Positions 51,925 to 64,000 of a DNA stretch of 64,000 bases are shown here, piece by piece. The stretch's first letter is position 1. Each line of letters opens with the position of its first letter. The notes under the pieces were generated by a model. It was not told the origin of the DNA. It was given only the letters and a program-made list of their open reading frames with translations, and did no database searches. The stretch covers positions 22,630,001 through 22,694,000 of the forward strand of contig NC_043013.1 in NCBI RefSeq assembly GCF_006345805.1, given 5' to 3'. A program made the translations under genes and the position numbers. The stretch is from Octopus sinensis (Eukaryota).

Positions 51925-52244
51925 GATAGGAGAGAGTTAACTAGAAGGAGATAGTAGAGTTCAATATAAGGAGTTATTTCAGGTCGAGTAGCCCATCCCA
52001 CTCAAAAGGTCCCTGAATAAGGTTTGTTTAAGGATGTTGAACAACACACCCCTGTTTCCAAAGGTGAATTATTCAAACCTCAAAGAATTCTTCGCAACAC
52101 ATTGCTATGATGCTCCCCCACTACTTCTGCTCGTGACCAGAGATGCACATATCGTCAGCCACCAAGGGAATGCTCAACTAGTTAAGTTCAAACAACTGAC
52201 AAGCAAATCTGTGGTATTGAGCAGAATATTATTAGTGTTATTAT

Positions 52245-52297
52245 TATCATTACATATATATATATATATATAAACACACACACACACACACACACAC

Positions 52298-52365
<68 letters not shown>

Positions 52366-52419
52366 TACATACACATATACATACACACATACATACATAT
52401 ATACATCCATCCATCCATC

Positions 52420-52451
<32 letters not shown>

Positions 52452-52560
52452 CGTACGTACGTACATACATACATACATACATACATATATACGTACGTAC
52501 ATACATACATACATACATACATACATACATACATACATACATACGTACATACATACATAC
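52245..52560. repeat. Compound (AT)/(AC)/(ATAC) microsatellite
   Basis: Directly visible. Similar tracts at 5630-5790, 7670-7850, 38700-38840, 53065-53280, 57445-57550, 60900-61280 and 62290-62730. Confidence 0.95.
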
Positions 52561-53076
52561 GGTAAAAACTACACCAAGGACATAATAGCATTCTGCCTAC
52601 ATTCCCAAAGAAAGTCACAATAGAAAAATGTATATATTATGTTCGGTAATGTATATATGCTATACCTGCAATATACATTATGCAAATATATGCATTTTAG
52701 TAGATAAAAATTCTAATATATTTCATACGGAAACTCATTTACAATAACCATAGAAAATATATATACATTGAACGTACATTGAATACAATTTGCATGTTGT
52801 GATGTGCTTCACCGTAGCAATTCTATATATAGGACATGTCACGATGACATTAGATCTACGAAACACATGCTGCATGGATTCTTGACAAAATATAACCCTT
52901 TTGGTAAATGCTCTTTGGTGGGAACCTGGTCTTGCAATATATATGATGCGTTGCAACAAGTCTACATCAAATAAATGCAATGTATGTTAATTCAAAGCAT
53001 TCATTAATTACTAGTTTTGGTTTATTTCCTTTAAAGTGGCAACATTTTTAACAGCAGGAGTATACAAGTATATATA

Positions 53077-53244
<168 letters not shown>

Positions 53245-53836
53245 GTGTGTGTATGAATATATATATATATATATATATTTACACGCAGTATATATTTTTA
53301 TGAGCTACTAATAGTTTCAGTGCAATGAAAAATAACTCAGGCCGCATTTTATAACACGCCTGGTGCCTTCGTGAAATCCTCAGACTCTTCCCACATGACA
53401 TAACAAGCTAAAACAGAACGATAGACTGAGAGAAAATACGAGAAAAGGTGAGAAGGAAGTAGATGTAAATGGTGGAAGGTTGAAAATACCGGAAAACGAA
53501 AAAGGAAAACAGAGAAAAAAAAAAAAAAAACATAGTTATGTTCCCTTTGATTGTAAAGTCAAAAAGGCTGAATGGATACGTGTCTAGAGTTTGCGGTACA
53601 GCTTCTCAATCTGGAGACCGTGGTATTTTCCAATTCTCCAACAGAAACTTAGGCATATGTTTACATCTGTTGAAAAAGTCAGATCTGGAACTCAGCAGTG
53701 CGGTGGCGCTCATAGGTCTGAAAAGGATCTGTGTTTTTTTCAGCTACGCCAAGTTTACATTTTTTTGATCCGTTGACATATGGTGTGGAACTTTCAACTA
53801 TTTTCAACTTAACTGTATGCGGTGTGGCGTTAGACT

Positions 53837-54807
53837 TCAGACCCCTACGTTGCTAGCCAACTTAGTGGTTTTACTTTTGTGCCTGAGTCGGCTGGAAGAT
53901 ATGCGGTTAGTGTTGCGATAATTGAAGTCACCTTCACATAGCACGATGTAGCTCTTCTTTCCGGTATTGTTATTATTTAGCGTTGTTGCGACTTCCGCCT
54001 CATATATCACGTATTTAATCATGCAACTCCGGTCGAGTGGAGAGATTCCTGGGTCTCTACAGTTACAAAAGAGAGTAGACTGTCGGTGGAGTTTGCATGT
54101 AATGATGCTCTTCATACTGAGGCAGCAGCTACATGATAATTTGTCTGAGCGCCTGTTGAATATTTATCTGTACCTGTGATTTCCTGGAAAATGTTTGTCT
54201 AAGGCAGAAATATTTTACCTATGTTGGTTTTAACATTAAGGGAAAGGAGTGGGGCCAACCAAATTATTCTCCTAGGTCTATTTTTATTATTACTAGAGGG
54301 TCTGTATATTAACTCATCATCAAAGTCACTATTGTCTAAGGCATTGTTGTAGTAGGGAGCTACCTCCACGAAGATTTCTTTAGAGGAAGAGAGGTCGGAC
54401 ATTCTATTACTAATGTTGGTTATCAGGTTTCTAAAAACTATGGAATGGGGATGACACGATTGTTTGTATATGTAAGAAAGTTTCTCGTTGGACTTATGGT
54501 AGGGCTTATAAGAAGAAGAATTTAGGTCGAGAGAAACGTATAAAAAAATCAACATTAGACAGATTAGTAGTGACCGTAATTTTAAGGCCTAATTGACTGA
54601 AGGTAGAGGTAAGATTTTTCCTAAATTTAACTCGGATGTGATCATCACAACATGGAAAATACCCAATCCGTCAACTCGGTATAGACTAACGTCGTGGGAT
54701 GTGTCCTTGGATCTCAATGTGTTTAATACAAAGAGACCTACAAGATCGTAGATGTCAGCACTGTCGCACAATCCCATCGATAATCCTCTGATAATTAAAT
54801 GGGTCAC
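53837..54807 (-). pseudogene. Penelope-like element remnant: RT C-half/thumb plus GIY-YIG endonuclease
   Basis: SMGLCDSADIYDLVGLFVL..SLYRVDGL; YKPYHKSNEKLSYIYKQSCHP; RRIIWLAPLLSLNVKTNIGKIFL; CNCRDPGISPL..VIYEAEV..KSYIVLCEGDF. This is the collinear Penelope domain order. Confidence 0.85.
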
Positions 54808-54888
54808 GGTACCTTGCGACGCAACAAAAGAATGTAAGGGGTTGATATAAAAGATTAATAACTGATCTACCCGCCCGTACCCACTTCA

Positions 54889-55105
54889 CTCTCTTACTCT
54901 TTTACTCTTTTACTTGTTTCAGTGACTGTGGCCATGCTAAAGCACCGCCTTTAGTCGATCAAATCGACCCCAGGACTTATTTGTTTGGAAGCCTAGTACT
55001 TATTTTATCGGTCTCTTTTTGCCGAACCGCTGGGGACGTATACACACCAGCATCGGTTGTCAAGCGATGTTGGGGGGACAAACACAGACACACAAACACG
55101 CACAT

Positions 55106-55136
<31 letters not shown>

Positions 55137-55298
55137 CGACGGGCTTCTTTCAGTTTCCGCCTACCAAATCCACTCACAAGGCTTTGGTCGGCCCGAGGCT
55201 ATAGTAGAAGACACTTACCCAAGGTGCCACGCAGTGGGACTGAACCCGGAACCATGTGGTTCGTAAGCAAGCTACTTACCACATAGCCACTCATGCGC
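54889..55298 (-). mobile_element. SINE family A, full length
   Basis: Reverse complement of 47776-48203 family. Confidence 0.9.
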
Positions 55299-56978
55299 AT
55301 ACTTCACCTCGAAGTATGAAATGAAGAAGCTTTTGGCTTGGCCTTCTAGAAATAACAAATCACACCATCTTTAAAAAGAGGATGCGTTATACATTAAGGA
55401 ACAAATGGGACACACTATATTTTGCCCTTTTCAAGGACATTATTAAAAAATGTAATGGCTTCATGTTAGGATTGAAACAGCGTTGCCATGTCTGCTTCCC
55501 AGGAGCTTTCCTCTTGTCTTGCTCCACGGCACTTGCTATGACTTCAAGACATTCTACTTACGATCAATTCCTTATCTCTTATGACTCAACGCTTTTTTCC
55601 CAATATCTTTATCATTATCTATAAAAGGAGTCAACACGAATAGATGAGAGGAGGTTACGGCCAAGAGGAAGCATTTCTCAGAAATGTCACCAAATCAATA
55701 AGAAGTGAAGTGTTTATGTGGTCATGATGGAAGAAAAAGAGGAAAGCAAAAGAATAAGAAAAAAAAGACCGTTAAAAATATGGCAAACTGCAGTTGTTTA
55801 TAGAAACCATAGGCTTGACCTTTTAAGGTTATTCTTCCGGTTTAATGAACATTAACATTGGAATGGAAATACCAAATTGATCTTCGACAAATCTTCAGAT
55901 AAGATTTTTCTATGAGTGACACTAACTCTGCTGCTGTAGTCGTTGCTGCTGCTTATGCTGAAGTCCACCTGGCTGACGTGTTCTTGGTACACTGCTGGCA
56001 AACGGTTTCTTCGCCGATGCCCTAGCAACGCGACCAGGTTACAGGACTTAAGAATTTACAATTTCCTTTAGACAGACTTTATTCTTTTGCAGGGCAACAT
56101 ATTTAATTGACCTCAGCGGCAGATTCTGTTCAGGGTCACCGAATCTGCTGAAATGCAGCCAGATTTCCGTTGAACCACATTCTAGCATTTTCAAACAAGA
56201 AGGACACAAAATCTATAAGCTAATATAGGAAACGGCGTGGTGGTCATGGCTGGAATGCGTTTTATCATAAACCTTTTCAAGGTCAACAAGGTCGACAATG
56301 AGTAGCAGAAGCAGCAGCAACAGGGACAAGAACAACAACAACAGTAATAACAACAACAGCAGCAACAATAACAACATCAACAACAACTAAACTGAACTAA
56401 CGAAGGCGCTTCTACGTAGCCGCTTGGTCTGCAACAAAATAATAGCCAGCAATACCTCTTATGAAAATTACAATTCCATCTCAATTTCAATTACGAAAAT
56501 CACAATTCAATCTCAAAAGTACAAGGAAAGGAAAGCATCTCGCAATAAATTTCTCGATATAACACATAGAAATATTATGGGGAGATCACGGTTGGAACAG
56601 CTTTGATCATAGGTCTTCTTATTCAGGATGGGTTTGGAATTAATCAACACCAACAACGTTAACAACACCAACGACTGGATCTTTATTACTTGGTCCTTCC
56701 AACTCAGCAGCACCTGAAATCGGGCAAATGAAGGACAGAATTAATGGTGTTCTCTCATATTTGTGTCAAAATATTGTCCCGCAATAAAAGAACATACGGT
56801 GTCTCTTTCTTAGATCAAGTGACAACCCAGAAGCGTCAGAGTCTTCTTCTCTGCATGTTATATTAACTCATCCAAATTCATAGCTGCATAACTTTTACAG
56901 ACCTTGTCCACCATTACCAGCTCCATCGAACGTTGACCTTTATTTATCGGTGCATATATATATATATATATATGTATA

Positions 56979-57346
56979 TATCCGTAAATATTAGAGAGCC
57001 AACTTTGAATATGTTAACTCTAAGTGCTAGAAATAGACCCAACCGGTAAAGTCGCCAACGATAATTCCACATAGAAATAGCACTACAGTCAACGCTATGA
57101 AATTGAATTACAACTAAATAATGGATTAATGTTGTACAATTGTTTCCTCATTAACAAAATATGCAGATTGTTAATGAGGAAACAATTGTACAACATTAAT
57201 CCATTATTTAGTTGTAATTCAATTTCATAGCGTTGACTGTAGTGCTATTTCTATGTGGAATTATCGTTGGCGACTTTACCGGTTGGGTCTATTTCTAGCA
57301 CTTAGAGTTAACATATTCAAAGTTGGCTCTCTAATATTTACGGATA
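56979..57346. repeat. Perfect palindrome: 179-bp arms with a 10-nt loop
   Basis: 56979-57157 is the exact reverse complement of 57168-57346 by manual comparison; loop AATATGCAGA. Confidence 0.95.
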
Positions 57347-57448
57347 AATATGAATTTGTATCCCCGGTTTTTTGTGCTAGGTCGCTTGGTGTTAAAATAA
57401 GGGTATTATTGAATTAAGATCTATAATTTTATTCACCCTCATTATTGA

Positions 57449-57554
<106 letters not shown>

Positions 57555-57942
57555 ATAAACATTATAAGCATATTTGGTATCTTAGGATTGAGAATTAAAG
57601 TTAGGCTTTGGGGTTGTAATGCGTCGCAAAATTTCTTTGTAAATATTAATTTATTCTTTCTTTACATTTTCTTTTATCAAATGTTTTGTCTTCAAAGGTT
57701 TTGTAAATATTAATCCAGTTTTATTTCTCACCCAGCAGACGACTGCGATTGCAGTCGTCTGCTGGATGAGATATCGAGCACAAATTCGATTGGCTAAAAT
57801 TACAAAACAAAAAAAAAAATTTTTTTAATTAAATTAAAATAATCTGTAAATGCTTGTAATTATTTCATCATTAATCTCTCTAAAATTGGCTTTTATTTTC
57901 GTAACATGGCGTCTCGAAAACAATACATATATATATAAATAA

Positions 57943-57975
<33 letters not shown>

Positions 57976-58445
57976 AACATGATGTGTTGAGATCGATGGC
58001 TGTAACTGGTTAACATTACGATGTTCGTACATTTCTTTTACTATTCATTTCTCTCAATAATGGCTGTGATTTTCGTAATTGGCATCAATCTAAAAGTTTT
58101 CAATCAAATGGAAACAAGTGTGCCAGTCCGATACCCATCCAACCTCACACACAAGGATACGCTCAACAGAAGACCAATTCTACTGGATACTTGTATTGTA
58201 ACAATGGAAGCGACGTGACTTAAGCACGCGTTCACTTACACACACACACGCACACACACGCATACACACACACACACATACACTTACATAGGGACACATT
58301 TACACACACAGTATTTCTTTAACAGCGTTAAGGAGGTATTGTCAAAATTAATAAGGCTTCTTTTAGCGTTAGCGACACAAAGAATTTGTTGCTAATTCTT
58401 CATGTCAGTTCCTGTACACGCACGTTTCTCTGTGTGTGTGTGTGT

Positions 58446-58485
<40 letters not shown>

Positions 58486-58967
58486 TGTGCGTGCATTTCT
58501 GTATGTGTGAGTATTTCTTTTATATTTTGACTCTTATATTCTTGTCTGCGTATTTGGCGATGAACTGGCATAATCGGTAGAGCTTCGAACAAAATGCTTC
58601 CTGGTATTTACTTACATACCTTCATATTCTGAGTTCAAATCCCGTCAAAGAACCTGTTTTTCTTTCTAGTTTCGATAAAATATAGTACCTGTCACATAAT
58701 AGTGTCGATATATCTGACTGTCCAGAAGTGAAAAGGCCAAACACTCTGGCCTCGTCACCTCTCTTAGATTTCATCCTTGTGTGCATGTTTGTTTGTTTTT
58801 TTTCTTTTTTGCTTGTGTGTGTGTGTGTGTGTGTGTTTGAAGTGAGTATCTGTGTTAGTATGTGTGCGTCTAAGTGCGTGCGTATCTCTCCTTTGTAAAT
58901 CTGTGTGTATGCGTGCATGCGTGCGTGTGTGTGTGTGTAATTACGCTGTTGGCTTGTTGGTAAAGAT

Positions 58968-59196
58968 ACCTATTTCTTTATTACCCACAAGGGGCTAAAC
59001 ATAGAGGGGACAAACATGGACAGACATAGGTATTAAGTCGATTATATCGACCCCAGTGCGTAACTGGTACTTAATTTATCGACCCCGAAAGGATGAAAGG
59101 CAAAGTCGACATCGGCGGAATTTGAACTCGGAACGTAAAGACAGACGAAATACCGTTACGCATTTCGCCCGGCGTGCTAACGTTGTTGCCAGCTCG
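58968..59196 (-). mobile_element. SINE family B
   Basis: Reverse complement of 61591-61821. Confidence 0.88.
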
Positions 59197-61590
59197 TGAT
59201 ACTGAGAGTAGACACAAAAGGCGCCAAGCCAGGGCAAAGCTGATCTCGCGAAATATCGTCTTCATTTCACTCGCAAATCATTTATTCCATTTTCATGATT
59301 TTACTTTTACGGAAGACGCGTTTTTTTTCTTTCTTTCTTCTGTTTTTCCCCTGGAAATATTTCTTTTGCAGACCTTGCTAATTTGTCGCTGCAGTGCGTT
59401 TGTTCCGAATCAGTTTGTTCAATATGAACCAGTAGATAAATACATCATATCACTTTTAGATTTGCTTCCTCTCTCATTTTGCATAACTTCTATTAAATTT
59501 TTCCGCATCTCTACACTCAACAGTGATTTCATATATACTCGGGACAATCAGGCATTTTTCAATTCACTAGCCTGCACGGTTCATTAACTTTGCTACGACC
59601 CGGCATTTAACTGTGGTTAGAAATCCATTTCTTTTAATTGTGAAATTATTCTACACGCCTTCTATATCTCATATCATTGTTATCATTTTTTAACTCTTGT
59701 TCGAACACTTTGAATTTTGCATGAGCAGCGAGCTTGCTAGCTTCGACTCACCTTCTAGCCCTGTGTGGCCAATAAAGAAATCTATCTTCACACTCACCGT
59801 GTCATGCTATTTGTTCTCTTCAATTATCTGATGCTTTCCTGATGACTCTAGCTATGTTAAGGAGGCAACCTTTGTGCAACAGCTCTACCGGGCACTCTTT
59901 AAAATGTTCAACGACACGCGTGAATATTTAGGGAAGCAGGAAAATTTCTTCGAGTCGATGGTATAAAAATGCCATAAACAACAAATAATTAAATGAAATC
60001 AATTAATAAATAAGTACTCTTTTTGCCTTTCGAATTTGCTCATGGCAAAGAGAAAATTGCGTGCAGAGGGACTGAGAAAGCCATCGACTCGAACTCAAAA
60101 ATCGTTGAGAATCTTTTACATTGAAAGACCACAGAACGCCTGGTCAGACCATAGAGCACCTCACCGTGTTACATAACCTTACGAGCTGCCTTATCTCACC
60201 ATCGGACGCATCGGACGGCGGTGCCCCTCACCTCACCATCACCATATCCCGCTCAAAACATCTGTTCCCTTTCAATCACTGGAATTACATCTTTAAACGA
60301 ATTAACAAGGGAGCGTTTACATGCAGCGTTTATATGTGCACATTTTGCACATTACCATCTCAAAACAACAACAACAACAACTAGAAAGCAAAACAAGAAA
60401 GAACGAACAACAGTGCACAATATACTTATTGGTAGACAAAAGAGACAGGATGGGCACGACTGGAATGCTTTCGATTATAGGTTTTCTTTTCAGAGTCGAA
60501 TCGGGTCTCAACAATAACACTACACAACAGTTCATCAATATATTACCACAGTCGACCAGTTTATCATCCAGCGTCGGTTGACATCGTTATTATGGAGGCT
60601 GAAACATCACGAAGCTGATACGATCAACACAGGCAAAGCATTGCAGACCAACTCCTTTATTAATCTATCCTTATGGCCATTGATTTGCAGATCGATAAAT
60701 CGGACCGTTTATACAATAATCCATTACTTCAATTAAGACTCCATTAAATATGTGTGTACGCGTGTGTACGCGTATGTGTGCTTGTGTGTGTACTTGTGTA
60801 TGCTTACGTATATTTATGTATGTGTTTGTGTATGAATGAATGAATGTGTGAATGTGTATATAAGAACGTGTATACACAGACACATGCACACATATGAATA
60901 GTCATGTATATTTAAATACTTGCGTGTGTGTGTGCATGCATATATACATACGTATATATATAAATAAACACACACACGCATACAATATATATACACATAT
61001 ATATATATATACGTATATATATGTATATATGTATATACTTATGTATATATATATATACATATATATATACATATGTATACACACACACATATCTTTTTGA
61101 CAGCACACAACCATAAATGCGTATATGTATGTATATATGTAAATATGTGCGTGTATGTATGCATATATGTATTATATGTGTGTATGTATGTATGTATGTA
61201 TGTATGTATTATATGTGTGTATGTATGTATGTATGTATGTATGTATGTATGTATGTATGTATGTATGTATGTATGTATGTGCGTATACCATCCGTATCGA
61301 CGGCGTCCGTTTCGCCGGAAACTTTTTTTACTCCAAGCATTATGGCGTCTGTTAGAGATTTCTTAACAACGTGTGGCGTCGCTAGAATCACACCACGAGT
61401 GGTCTTTTGTGATGAACGATCGACAGGAAAGCACCGGTCGCCAACTGAAGGCTAAAACACACACACACACACACACACGCACACACGCATATGTGCACTC
61501 GCGCACACGCGCACATGTGCACACACACATGCACACATGCATTCGCACATTCTCACACACACAGATACATATATTCTCACGCCATATATT

Positions 61591-61821
61591 GGGCGGCGAG
61601 CTAGCAGAATCGTTAGCACGCCGGGCGAAATGCGTAGCCGTATTTCGTCTGCCGTTACGTTCTGAGTTCAAATTCCGCCGAGGTCGACTTTGCCTTTCAT
61701 CCTTTCAGGGTCGATAAATTAAGTACCAGTTACGCACTGGGGTTGATATAATCGACATAATCCGTTTGTCTGTCCTTGTTTGTCCCCTCTGTGTTTAGCC
61801 CCTTGTGGGTAGTAAAGAAAT
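61591..61821 (+). mobile_element. SINE family B, full length
   Basis: GGCGGCGAGCTAGCAGAATCGTTAGC..GAGTTCAAATTCC head; GGGTAGTAAAGAAAT tail. Diverged copies also occur near 3820, 10790, 12140, 26090, 26650, 35845 and 58560. Confidence 0.88.
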
Positions 61822-61986
61822 ATATATTCTCACGCACACACATTCTCGCACACATAAATACACGCAAACATACATACACACACACACACACACACAGATA
61901 TACACACATATTCTCACAGATTCAAGAAACACATATACAAATACAAGGTTACGGAAAGACAAAGAAGGAAAAAAGAAATTGTGTGA

Positions 61987-62044
<58 letters not shown>

Positions 62045-62297
62045 TACAGACAGAGAGGTAGAGAGGGAGAAAGAGAGAGCGAAAGTAAAAGAGAATGTGC
62101 TGACAAGGTGTTTGTACGTGTGGTAATTCGGCAAAAATTGAATATACATACATACATACATACATACATGTACCTAGCACGGTAGGGCGGCGGAGCAACG
62201 GGCGACCGGCGCAGGCCTGCCTCTACCTCGTGCTAGCCGCAGTTGTCATCTTTCGGGGTTTTACGGGACGGACCACGTCGCCGTATCTATGTATCTA

Positions 62298-62332
<35 letters not shown>

Positions 62333-63217
62333 ATGTATGTATGTATGTATGTATGTATGTATGTATGTATGTATGTATGTATGTATGTATGTATGTATCT
62401 ATCTATCTGTTTATCTATGTTTGTTTGTATGTATGCATTTATGAATGTATGTATGTATGTATGTATGTATGTATGTGCATGTGTGCATATGTATGTGTGT
62501 ATGTATGTCTGTGTATGTATGTATGTGTGTGCATAAATGTATGTATGTGTGTGTGTGTTTGTATATATATATGTCTGCATGCATGTATGTATGCATGCAA
62601 GTATGTATGCATGTATATATGTATGTGTGTATGTTTATAAGTATGCATGTATGTATGCCAGTACGTATGTCTGTATGTATGTGTGTATGTATGGATGGAT
62701 GCATACACGTGTGTGTGTGTGTGTGTTGTGTGTGTGTATTTACTCATGTACGTATGTCACGGGATGCTGTTTCGGGGCGTCCAAAATAAATATTTTGTAG
62801 AATTCAGTTCCATTTTGGGCGATTTTGTTGTTCCAGTTTAGAAAGTCGATAAAATTACAAATCACCCGACTCGGATCGATATCACCAATTAAAAGGTAAT
62901 GCTCCAGCAAGGACGCAGTTTAATGATTGAAACTAGCAAAGAATAAGAATAAACTGATGGGAGTTGAAGGTGGTGGAATCGATGATGTGTCGATCGTTTG
63001 TCTGATGAACTTCCACAATCCGGAAGTTCTGTGGAAGAAGTACGAAAAGCATTTTCTTCTCTTGAACAGAAAAAAAGCAATATGGAAGCCCGTTTGAGAA
63101 CTTCTTTGTATACAAGCACACACGCCTATTATGGAATACACAGGCATACAGTATACCTTAACCTACATATACACAAGCAATTGGGGATAACAGATTTCGT
63201 TATGCGCACATAAAAAA

Positions 63218-63907
63218 GACTCCGACGGTTACGACGACGAGGGTCCCAGCTGATACGATCAACGGAATAGCTTGCTCGTGAAATTAACGTGCAAATGGCT
63301 GAGCATTCCACAGACACGTGTACCCTTAACGTAGTTCTCGGGGATAATCAGCGTGACACAGAGAGTGACAAGGCTGACCCTTTGAAATACAAGTACAACT
63401 CATTTTTGCCAGCTGAGTGGACTGGAGCAACGTGAAATAAAGTCTCTTGCTCAAGGACACAACGCGTCGCCGGGAATCGAACTCACAACCTTACGATCAT
63501 GAGCCGAATGCCCTAACCACTAAGCCACGCGCCCTCACTATTATGCGCACATACACATGCACGGACGCACATATATACTGGTTCTCCGTCAGTTACGACG
63601 GCCACTGTTCCAGTCGGTCCGATTAACAGAAGAGCCTGCTCGTGAAATCAACGTGCAAGTGGCTGAGTATTCCACAGATGCGCATACCCTTAACATAATT
63701 CTCATGGAGATTCAACGTGATACAGAGTGTGACAAGGCTGTCGCCCTTAAAATACAAGTACCACTCATTTTTGCCAGCTGAGTGGACTGGAGCAATGTGA
63801 AATAAAAATGCTTTGTTCAAGGTCACAATGCGTCACCGAGAATCGAACTCACGACCTTACAATCGTGAGCTGAATATCTTAGCCACTAATCCACGCACCG
63901 TCACACA
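63218..63907 (-). mobile_element. Two tandem SINE family C copies (63218-63538 and ~63590-63907)
   Basis: Two diverged direct copies sharing the head and the CAGCTGAGTGGACTGGAGCAA core. Confidence 0.85.
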
Positions 63908-64000
63908 TACCAACACTAAATACTATGTATAGACATACATTCAAATCCATATTCTGATAATCATAATCTCATAGTGAAATATTGAAATATCCGAGTCGAA

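Noticed and set aside
55974-56029. TGACGT (CRE-like) and CCCTAGCAAC (RFX half-site-like) motifs
   Set aside because: Short motifs expected by chance in 64 kb, with no associated gene evidence.
56110-56160. GCAGATTC..GAATCTGC stem resembling P4 of an HDV/CPEB3-like ribozyme
   Set aside because: No room for P1/P3 pairing in the required order; more likely a diverged SINE fragment.

Overview
Repeat-dense eukaryotic genomic DNA. The SINE families and very high AC/AT/ATGT microsatellite density look like a coleoid cephalopod, probably Octopus (inference from repeat style, not a database match). Positions ~770-24,250 on the + strand hold the 3' part of a phospholipase C-gamma gene. I could assemble 13 in-frame exons encoding the SH2-SH3 linker, SH3, C-terminal half of the split PH domain, Y catalytic box, C2 domain and a helical C-terminal tail. 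The 5' part of the gene (nPH, EF, X-box, SH2s) lies upstream of the window. One intron (13350-14948) is a clear U12-type AT-AC minor-spliceosome intron. No other host gene could be supported in 24.3-64 kb. That region is a mosaic of tRNA-derived SINEs, a young 5'-truncated CR1-like LINE, RTE, R4/Dong, Penelope, Helitron and Tigger remnants, and long microsatellites. The most notable unannotated structure is a recurring set of short elements carrying minimal hammerhead-ribozyme motifs, some with tRNA-derived heads, arranged as divergent inverted pairs as Penelope-like elements are. There are also several fold-back palindromes, including a mariner two-3'-end fold-back and a perfect 179-bp-arm palindrome. 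Exon boundaries were counted by hand and are frame-consistent; repeat boundaries are approximate.
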